Part shown: positions 23,448 through 30,716 of the stretch, in pieces
Position numbering within the stretch: position 1 is the stretch's first letter
How the letters are laid out: each line of letters opens with the position of its first letter
Source: Candidatus Brocadia sp.
Lineage (GTDB): Bacteria; Planctomycetota; Brocadiia; Brocadiales; Brocadiaceae
Length of the DNA: 32,000 nt
Assembly: GCA_021650915.1 (NCBI GenBank)
Contig: CP091279.1
Span: forward strand, 1,080,001 to 1,112,000
Reading direction: 5' to 3'
Notes under the pieces: generated by a model
Databases searched by the model: none
Told to the model about the DNA's origin: nothing
Seen by the model: the letters and a program-made list of their open reading frames with translations, nothing else
Made by a program: the position numbers and the translations under genes

Positions 23448-23777
23448 ATGATGGTTGCTCAAATGGCTCATGCCGTGGAAGGAGCACAGCTTGCTACCGC
23501 TATGATTCGAGCAGAATATGCAATGGAGAACGAAAGGATTAGAAATCTTTTTTTAACAACGTTTTCTTATGATGTGCCACAGAAACTTTCAGCCCTCTCA
23601 AAGATGCTTTCATCATTATTAGCTGATGAGCAGATGGGACCTGACAGAAAGACAAAGATTGTGAAACAGATTCATTCCGAAGTGGAACAGTTAAATACCC
23701 TTTCTGCTGAGCTGCACACCATACTTAAATCCCGATCGAATGTCATTCCAGATGAAGGAAAAGCCGCGAAGCCTTAA
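23448..23777 (+). CDS. Hypothetical protein (109 aa, helical/coiled-coil-like), convergent with the helicase operon
   Basis: Only an ORF with plausible composition. There is no clear RBS and no recognised motif. The frame is open back to 23415, inside the possible intron 3' end. Confidence 0.3.
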   Translation: MMVAQMAHAVEGAQLATAMIRAEYAMENERIRNLFLTTFSYDVPQKLSALSKMLSSLLADEQMGPDRKTKIVKQIHSEVEQLNTLSAELHTILKSRSNVIPDEGKAAKP

Positions 23778-23818
23778 TAAAAAGCAGCATGGCAAAACAG
23801 CGATCATTCAATATTGTT

Positions 23819-24007
23819 CTATATCGAATAAACGCCATCCCGCTTTTGAATGGATATTCCCCAGTCTGTTTGATTAATCCTCTTTACTTCAAAAACCTCG
23901 TGTCCTTTGAATCTCACGGCTTTTGTCATCTCATTTACGGTCACTTCGGAGTCGGATAACGGACGGGTGATCCTGGCATTTTGAAAGATCTTCCTAAACC
24001 TTCTCAT
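23819..24007 (-). CDS. Small hypothetical protein (62 aa), last gene of the candidate system
   Basis: Its ATG lies 14 nt inside the 3' end of the helicase gene (23994-24007 overlap), which suggests coupling. The sequence is MRRFRKIFQNARITRPLSDSEVTVNEMTKAVRFKGHEVFEVKRINQTDWGISIQKRDGVYSI, with no recognised motif. Confidence 0.45.
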   Translation of the reverse strand: MRRFRKIFQNARITRPLSDSEVTVNEMTKAVRFKGHEVFEVKRINQTDWGISIQKRDGVYSI

Positions 24008-26858
24008 GGGTAATCCCTTCCCTTATAGCCAAATTAAACATCAGTGCCTCAGCGGCTTCTTCGGGAAACGGAACTCGTGATGCAAGCCTTTCTGTCGTTT
24101 TTGCATCCAGTTTGTATTTCTCACCCATGACAACTTTAAACCAGCGTTCTCGATCCATAACCACACGATACATCTTCTCATCCTGGGTTTCTGAAATGAA
24201 GGGAAAATATATGTGTATTGGTTTGCCACACTTCTCCACCTTGGCGCCAATCCGATCAATGCGGCCGGTTCTTTGCTCTAACGTGCTCGGATTCCAGCAG
24301 AGATCATGATGAATAACGTAGCGGCAATTGAGGTGCAGATCGACGCCCTCCGCCATAACACTGCTGGCGACCAAAACATCAGGGTAAAAAGGCGTATTAA
24401 AAGTGAGCATGATTTTCTGACGGGATTCCTGTTTCGTGGTTCCATTTATCAACCTCACATTGGGCAAAAGCCGCTCACTTTTCTCCCCTTGCAATTCATC
24501 CTCGGTGTATGCTTTGGCTATATCCACACCCATAAAACTTCCTGTTTGGATGGACAGCAAGGCATCTGCAAAATCCCTCCTTTCTGCTTCTCCACAGTGA
24601 TTCTGTAAAAAGTCAAGGAAGTGTATAAGTGATTCCTGAAGCGAAAGACCGCTACCGTCTTTTGCATGAAAAATTGCCTCAAAATCGTTTTCGTCTAATT
24701 TGGTTTTTTCGAGGGGAAAATACCGAATGAGAAACGTGGGGGTGCGCAAATACCTTCGCACAATATCCAGCATTTCCGCCTCATGTATTTGTAGCGCGGG
24801 ATATGTCCGAATCATACTTGCAATTCTCTCATCCGTTACCAACCGCAGTTTCGAGTCCTGATCCAAAAATCTTGTCCCAATTTTTTCCAGTCTGTCCATG
24901 ACCTCGTCAGATGCACACCCAATTTTTTTTGCGCCTAGCTCACGAATCTTGTTGCGCATGGCTTCTGAAATGTATTGCCGTAATACCTTACCAGTTGCAA
25001 CATAGTGACAAAAAATCAGGACCTTTTCACCTTGAAGCCATAAAGCAATTACTTTATCGACAGTGGCCTTCACTTTTGGATGCAGTTCATAGTACGCGGA
25101 ATCCTTTTGAGGTAATGACCGCTCCAGTTGATTCAAATACCATTCTAAGGCTGGATCTTCCTTCAAATTTAGATTCGACTCGTCATCAGTATCATCGTCG
25201 TCTGTAGGCCTCACATCTTGCCGGTCTTTTCTCGTCTTCAGGAAGGCTTCATAACTGGATGCCAGTCCCTCTGAGAAAAAGGGTCTGGACTCTGGGTTTA
25301 GCGCGACCAGTCTGGCGGATAGGAGAAATGGCAAAAGTGACGTTCCTGCGATATCAAGTCCCTCTGTAAGGCATTCGTTGTTTTCACGTATCATCGATTT
25401 TCCCACAAAGCGCTTGCGTCGTTCAATCAAACCCTCCTTGAACGGTACCTGTTTTGGACGCATGTGTCGTACCACCCATTTTTTCAACGATGCCTCAGCG
25501 TCTTTCATTCGCTGTTTCGTTTGTCCGTAGGATTTAATCGCCAACGAGACAGATGGTGTAAGTCCAATCTGATTAGATCGGACAATAGACCACCATTCAT
25601 GGACCGATGTCAACTTTTGCCCATTCACCAGTAAATCATCCTCGTTCAAACGTTCCCAATCATGATCAAGTCTTACGGCCGCCTCCTGAGCCTGATCAAG
25701 TTTAGTCTTCAGATCGGACAATTCAGCTTGAAAATGGGCTAGCCCACCCGCAGGAGCCGTCGAATTCTTCCACGATATCCCCTGAAATCGCTCAATAACG
25801 GAACATAATTCATAATGTCCTAACTGGAACGGCGTTGCGGTGAGAAAAATCATACGTTCGAACATGCCTGCAAGATGTCCTTTGAGTTGTAGTTCCTCGG
25901 CATCATCTTCGGCATCCTTCGATTGAAACAGTGATTTTGATTGAAATAATGACGCAAGTTTTGTATCAGGATTTTTGAGATGATGCGCTTCATCCAGAAT
26001 TAATAAAGGCAATTGAATCTGTAAATTGGCCAGGCATTTTACCCAAACTTCCCGGATTTCATCGTTCAGGATATGGCGTGCATCAAGGATTCTGTCATCA
26101 AGGTTTTTCGACTCTCTCTGAGGTATTTCCCGAATCTTCTCATAAAGGGATTGAACCTCTATCTCCTTAAGCGCATCCTTTACACCCTTTGGTACAGGGT
26201 CATCTTTTTCCTCAACACCAAATTTCTTCAAAATACCACGCCATTTTTCGGTATCCGAATACAGCAATTTCTCCCAAAGCTCTTCGCCATGACGATCATA
26301 CTTCGTAATCCTTAAAAGTCGGCTAAGCACACGATACAAAGCCCTTTTAAGGCGGTCTGTATCCCAACGGCGATGAAGGGCACGCTGTATCAGTGCCAGC
26401 TTGATCCAAACACCGGAGTCATCCGTTAATCCCCGGCTCATCGCGCCGTGCGTCAGAAAAACGATAGATTTTCGATCTTCTTTCTTATCATCAAGGAGTT
26501 TCAGAAAATCAACACCGGTTTCAGCGCGATCACAACGTATAGATGCGGATAGAGGCTCTGGTAAGCATTTTTCTCTAAACACTTCGAAATCCCGCGGCCA
26601 CTTTTCTTTCAGCGTCGAAGGAACCATAACAACAACCGGTCTTTTCTTTTTGTCGTTCGTGGTAACTGACAGGGCAACGGCAATGGCTACAAACGTCTTA
26701 CCCATACCGACCTCATCGGCAAGGATCAATCCCGGTTGATTCTCCAATCGGCGTAATATTTCTTTTGCGGTGCGTTGCTGTCGTTCGGCATCGTTTTCTG
26801 ATATGCGCCCCTTAACAAAAAGATTGATCGCGTCGTTGTAAGGATAGAGATAACTCAT
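23994..26858 (-). CDS. SNF2-type superfamily-2 helicase/translocase (954 aa)
   Basis: Motif I is LILADEVGMGKTFVAIA, motif II is LLILDEAHHLKN, motif III is IFLTATPFQL, motif V region is ASSVMAEGVDLH, and motif VI is WNPSTLEQRTGRIDRIG. A long, ~350-aa insertion lies between motifs III and IV. The start overlaps the PLD gene stop in ATGA. Confidence 0.9.
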   Translation of the reverse strand: MSYLYPYNDAINLFVKGRISENDAERQQRTAKEILRRLENQPGLILADEVGMGKTFVAIAVALSVTTNDKKKRPVVVMVPSTLKEKWPRDFEVFREKCLPEPLSASIRCDRAETGVDFLKLLDDKKEDRKSIVFLTHGAMSRGLTDDSGVWIKLALIQRALHRRWDTDRLKRALYRVLSRLLRITKYDRHGEELWEKLLYSDTEKWRGILKKFGVEEKDDPVPKGVKDALKEIEVQSLYEKIREIPQRESKNLDDRILDARHILNDEIREVWVKCLANLQIQLPLLILDEAHHLKNPDTKLASLFQSKSLFQSKDAEDDAEELQLKGHLAGMFERMIFLTATPFQLGHYELCSVIERFQGISWKNSTAPAGGLAHFQAELSDLKTKLDQAQEAAVRLDHDWERLNEDDLLVNGQKLTSVHEWWSIVRSNQIGLTPSVSLAIKSYGQTKQRMKDAEASLKKWVVRHMRPKQVPFKEGLIERRKRFVGKSMIRENNECLTEGLDIAGTSLLPFLLSARLVALNPESRPFFSEGLASSYEAFLKTRKDRQDVRPTDDDDTDDESNLNLKEDPALEWYLNQLERSLPQKDSAYYELHPKVKATVDKVIALWLQGEKVLIFCHYVATGKVLRQYISEAMRNKIRELGAKKIGCASDEVMDRLEKIGTRFLDQDSKLRLVTDERIASMIRTYPALQIHEAEMLDIVRRYLRTPTFLIRYFPLEKTKLDENDFEAIFHAKDGSGLSLQESLIHFLDFLQNHCGEAERRDFADALLSIQTGSFMGVDIAKAYTEDELQGEKSERLLPNVRLINGTTKQESRQKIMLTFNTPFYPDVLVASSVMAEGVDLHLNCRYVIHHDLCWNPSTLEQRTGRIDRIGAKVEKCGKPIHIYFPFISETQDEKMYRVVMDRERWFKVVMGEKYKLDAKTTERLASRVPFPEEAAEALMFNLAIREGITHEKV

Positions 26859-28939
26859 TTCAAAGACTCCCGGAATGCCTTCAATACGTAAGCTTTAATT
26901 AGGTCATCCGATATCTGAATGGATGGTAAAATCGTCTCTTTAATTTCACGAATGATTTTACGGAGTTCCTCCGCGACATCCTCACGCTTTAGGCTTCTGT
27001 GGGCATCCTCATTAGGATTAATTCGCCCCAGTTCAAGTAAAATTTCGGCTACTAAGAACGCCTTCTCATCCTCCGACTTGCCTTCCCTGATAATGGTCTG
27101 GGCTAGGGTAAGAACACCAATAGGCCCGCGAAGCCTCCAATTGAGCGATTCTTTTGTGTAAAACGGCCTTTCCAACCTATCCTTCAGCGATCGGAGAACC
27201 CATGATATCTTACGGGTACGCTGGAATAAAAACTTCGTCGTATCAACCTTTTGATGAGGATCTATGACAACGTCAGGTTTATTGAGTTGTTGTTTCTTCT
27301 TTAGCCATATGCCTATAACCTGGTGCAGCGGACGGGCTGAGGTAAGAATAGACATCAAGATTTCCAAAGGCAGGTCTTTGAGTTCAGGCGGCGGTGGAAG
27401 GGCTGAAGCGCTTTCAATATTCACGGGCCACCAGGCAGGATTCTTTGCGCCATCCCAGATCACATGAAATCCAGAAGGTGGCAAATCTGATTTCCATGCC
27501 AGGCGTTGTGCAAGGGGTTTACCATCTTCTACCCATTTTCTTTCGTCATAAAAGACTTCCTTTCCCTCTTTCTGCGATAGGGAAAAGCCCTTCGGTAGGT
27601 CTTGAGAACTGAAATGGAATCGGACAAACGATACCATATGCTCATCCCGGCCGTAAATGGCATAACCAAATACGGATGGGAGCAGTGCGGGGCACTCTGA
27701 ATCCGGTTCGTCTTCATTGGCTTGCCTATCCCATACGGTATACTCATCAATTGCCAAATAATCCTTTGACAAAGAGCTTTTTTCGAACATGTTGACTGCG
27801 GCTCTATTTTGCGTGCGGGATGCCATGTAGATAATATTTGCTTCAAAATTGGTGGTACTTCCAACACCTGTGCCCGACGCGGTAAAGTTGCTTGAGCCTA
27901 TGACGTAGAGCGCCCATTCATCATTCTGAAGCCATATCGACTTCATATGCAAAGGCCGGATCGTTTTGATTTCTTTTGTATCAAAACATTCTATTACCCT
28001 GGCAAAACGGATATCGACACTACTTCGCTGATTAGGCGCTGATTCCAGGAGACTTTTCGGGGCGCTTACAATCAGTTGCTTTTTGTCTTTGTTATCCTCC
28101 GCATGAACATAATAGCAGACACTAGCCGCTCCACGCTGGTTTAAGACCTCCCATATCTTTTTTGCCGGAATATTTGGTGAATCCGGCGAATCAAAAAATG
28201 GACTCGTGATCCACGCATAATCGGGCGGTCTCGATGACGCTTGATTCCAATAATTTCTGACTTGATCAAAGAGATCAGGCTTTCCGGAGCCTAAAAGCAA
28301 AGGATGGATTCGAACATCTCTGCCACCCCTGTATGGTTCAATGCGTCCCCAATTTCTGGTGCGTTTCCCGATATCTGTTAGAAAATTATGCCATCTGCTA
28401 ACTTCTGGTTGATCAGGGGAATTGGTACAACGATCGACCATCTCTTTTAAGAAATCCAGGATAGACTTTAGCACTGCCATTGGAATATCCGAACCTCCGT
28501 GGAAATCCAGAGAACCAAAGATTTCCTGATTCATCCGGTATCCCTGTTCGGTAAGATTGGCCGATCCCACGATCACCCTGACACAGTTTGACCAGCAAAG
28601 AACGGATATTTTTGCGTGCATAATCGCTTTTGGTATTCGGGACGGTATGATGTCCCACCGCAAGTTTCGGGCGCCCTTGCAGTGATGCTGGTCAACAAGT
28701 ACCGATATACACTGAACAGAGGACATCTTTTCTTCCCGTTCAACAAGAAATACTGAGCCGTCGTTGTCGGGGTCGGATTCCATCCTGAGAAAACGGCTCA
28801 GGCAATCCTCCTCAAAAAATACGGGTGAAAATGTATAGGTAGTGGCTATACAGCCGATTGGCTCCCCGGCATCGGGTGGCGGAGACCAATAATCAATGAG
28901 CTTTGCGTATCCCGTATGCTGATTGTTGGTTCTACTCAT
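26855..28939 (-). CDS. PLD-superfamily (double HKD-like) nuclease-type protein with an uncharacterised ~330-aa C-terminal region (694 aa)
   Basis: There are two HxK...GSxN motifs: HAKISVLCWSNCVRVIVGSANLT (~aa 108-130) and HMKSIWLQNDEWALYVIGSSNFT (~aa 331-353). The start ATG overlaps the stop of the upstream gene (ATGAGTAG, 28932-28939). Confidence 0.85.
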   Translation of the reverse strand: MSRTNNQHTGYAKLIDYWSPPPDAGEPIGCIATTYTFSPVFFEEDCLSRFLRMESDPDNDGSVFLVEREEKMSSVQCISVLVDQHHCKGARNLRWDIIPSRIPKAIMHAKISVLCWSNCVRVIVGSANLTEQGYRMNQEIFGSLDFHGGSDIPMAVLKSILDFLKEMVDRCTNSPDQPEVSRWHNFLTDIGKRTRNWGRIEPYRGGRDVRIHPLLLGSGKPDLFDQVRNYWNQASSRPPDYAWITSPFFDSPDSPNIPAKKIWEVLNQRGAASVCYYVHAEDNKDKKQLIVSAPKSLLESAPNQRSSVDIRFARVIECFDTKEIKTIRPLHMKSIWLQNDEWALYVIGSSNFTASGTGVGSTTNFEANIIYMASRTQNRAAVNMFEKSSLSKDYLAIDEYTVWDRQANEDEPDSECPALLPSVFGYAIYGRDEHMVSFVRFHFSSQDLPKGFSLSQKEGKEVFYDERKWVEDGKPLAQRLAWKSDLPPSGFHVIWDGAKNPAWWPVNIESASALPPPPELKDLPLEILMSILTSARPLHQVIGIWLKKKQQLNKPDVVIDPHQKVDTTKFLFQRTRKISWVLRSLKDRLERPFYTKESLNWRLRGPIGVLTLAQTIIREGKSEDEKAFLVAEILLELGRINPNEDAHRSLKREDVAEELRKIIREIKETILPSIQISDDLIKAYVLKAFRESLK

Positions 28940-30254
28940 TACTGACTCGTTTCAAATCTCTTAAAAATGACCAGATGGCATTCGTGCGGTAGGGATGCAC
29001 GTACGAATCATCCATACGCGCAGGTTCATCCCTCCGGTACAAAGGACGAACACAGTACGTATTATCATCATATCGGTCTATCCATGGATTCTTGCCAAGC
29101 GGAGGTTTTTTCTTTTGCACGGCAAAATGATGCTCCAGGAGTTGCCCAACCCAGGTTTCACAATTTCCGTTGACCCGAAGATCCCCAAATCCGTCAATAA
29201 ATCCCGACGCATAGCCAGAAAGGTGCAACCGATCGTATGCCTTTGAAAAGGCATCCGGCACATCTTTATGGGCATGTTTTACCGCCTCAAGACCAGCGAG
29301 TTCCTTTATATTGGTTTTTCTCTGTTTACCGCTCATATACCAGAGACAATCATCGAATGCGTCTTGAATCAGGCGGGCAAAGTGTTCGTATGACCTGATG
29401 CATTCCAGGAGTTCTCTTAGATCAGGAGAAGCCGATTTCAATAAAGCAACATGCAGTTCTTTTTCGGCCTGATTTTTTAGCCATAAGCGGCTTCCTTCAT
29501 TCGAAATAAGAAAACGGATTATTTGACTTCGGTTGGAAGACGGTTCTTCGCACAGCATGATAAAAAGAGACTCGTTTTCTTTTGCTTTCGCACGATAGGG
29601 AGCAAACTTTTCCGCGATGATGCTGTTCCACTTCCAGTTCCATTCACGGGCCACCCCGCTTTTGGTCAGGCCATCTTTCACTGCATTTGTTAAAGCCTGA
29701 CGAAGACTAGAACCTGGACCTTGTTCCCGTGAGCAGAAACCGGCAAGGTCTTGTTCGGTTTCCCAAATACGTATAAGACAGTTGCCGGCTTCACCCAATC
29801 TTCCCTGACGGAGGATATCCAGGTCTTCAGCCAGCGTGCGATAGACACCATGAAATCCAAAAACGGAAGGTGCCTTCAGGTAGTTTTGGGCGCACAGAGG
29901 TTTCCCCTTTCGCATCGCATCGGTTGCTTTTTCACGACCGGGAAGTCCCAATATTTCGCTCGTTGCATTCCGGAAAGTTCCGACAAGCGCTTGAACAGCG
30001 TACCACTCATACACCTGATACGGCGGGGTAATCCCATCCCCGGCAACCTGATCATCGTCAAATTCAGCACAAACAAAGGCGCCTGCTGCCATCGCGGTCA
30101 AGAAGCGCGGGTGTCTCATACGTTCGCGGACGCCTGGCACAAGCCTTGTGCCAAGGCGATCAGCGATTAAAGACAATCCCAAAGGATCGAGCGAGCCTTC
30201 GCTGTCAGCTACTTTATCATATTCGGTTAATAAGGGTGCAAGTTCTGTCATCAT
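28932..30254 (-). CDS. Hypothetical protein (440 aa), first gene of the candidate system; no recognised domain
   Basis: A long ORF with uniform composition, coupled to the PLD gene. The N-terminal segment is DSEGSLDPLGLSLIADRLGTRLVPGVRERMRHPRFLTAMAAGAFV. I saw no P-loop, no nuclease motif and no Cys cluster. Confidence 0.75.
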   Translation of the reverse strand: MMTELAPLLTEYDKVADSEGSLDPLGLSLIADRLGTRLVPGVRERMRHPRFLTAMAAGAFVCAEFDDDQVAGDGITPPYQVYEWYAVQALVGTFRNATSEILGLPGREKATDAMRKGKPLCAQNYLKAPSVFGFHGVYRTLAEDLDILRQGRLGEAGNCLIRIWETEQDLAGFCSREQGPGSSLRQALTNAVKDGLTKSGVAREWNWKWNSIIAEKFAPYRAKAKENESLFIMLCEEPSSNRSQIIRFLISNEGSRLWLKNQAEKELHVALLKSASPDLRELLECIRSYEHFARLIQDAFDDCLWYMSGKQRKTNIKELAGLEAVKHAHKDVPDAFSKAYDRLHLSGYASGFIDGFGDLRVNGNCETWVGQLLEHHFAVQKKKPPLGKNPWIDRYDDNTYCVRPLYRRDEPARMDDSYVHPYRTNAIWSFLRDLKRVSNE

Positions 30255-30314
30255 TGTGGATGAGATATGGATAGGTGAAATGTTGGGAAAGTGCTTTTTG
30301 AAATTGTCTTGTCA

Positions 30315-30716
30315 TTATGCTGAGAAATTTTTCTTAACGTACTCTATCGTATATTCAAATAATGGCCTGGCATTCTTTACAAAATTCCTTATCTCTTCCC
30401 ATCGAATATCCAGATATTCGTGCGTAATAATGTTTCGTAACCTGGCAAATTCACACGATCTTTCGACAGTGTTTTTATCAAATTCATGGAAAGACATAAA
30501 CGATCTCAAAACCTCTCTGTAAGTGCCCGGTAAAGATTTTTTTTCGGACGCCAGGAGAATTCGTACGACATCAATTGAGGCATTGACGATATTTTCTCTC
30601 CAATGCTCTGAACTTCTCCGCCTTACCCTGTCATTCTGGTATTCATCCCAACTGAGTTCCAGATAAATATTCCAGTCAGCGAGTTCGTTCGTCAAAAATT
30701 TTAGTAGCGTTGTCAA
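30315..30716 (-). pseudogene. Orphan HEPN/DUF86 gene, 5'-truncated by the IS end. The first 17 nt of the ORF, including its TTG start, are IS sequence.
   Basis: The RX4HXY motif is ARLRNIITHEYLDIRWEEI. The IS copy-2 terminus lies at 30700, so the codons for MTTLLK derive from the IS end. No MNT partner is adjacent. The stop lies 60 nt upstream of the 440-aa gene, on the same strand. Confidence 0.65.

Noticed and set aside
23994-28939. Calling the PLD + SNF2 pair a DISARM (drmC/drmD) or Mokosh system
   Set aside because: No drmA (DUF1998-partner helicase), drmB or methyltransferase gene is nearby. The PLD protein is far larger than drmC. Mokosh helicases are SF1-type. The resemblance is limited to domain classes, so I left the pair as an unassigned candidate.
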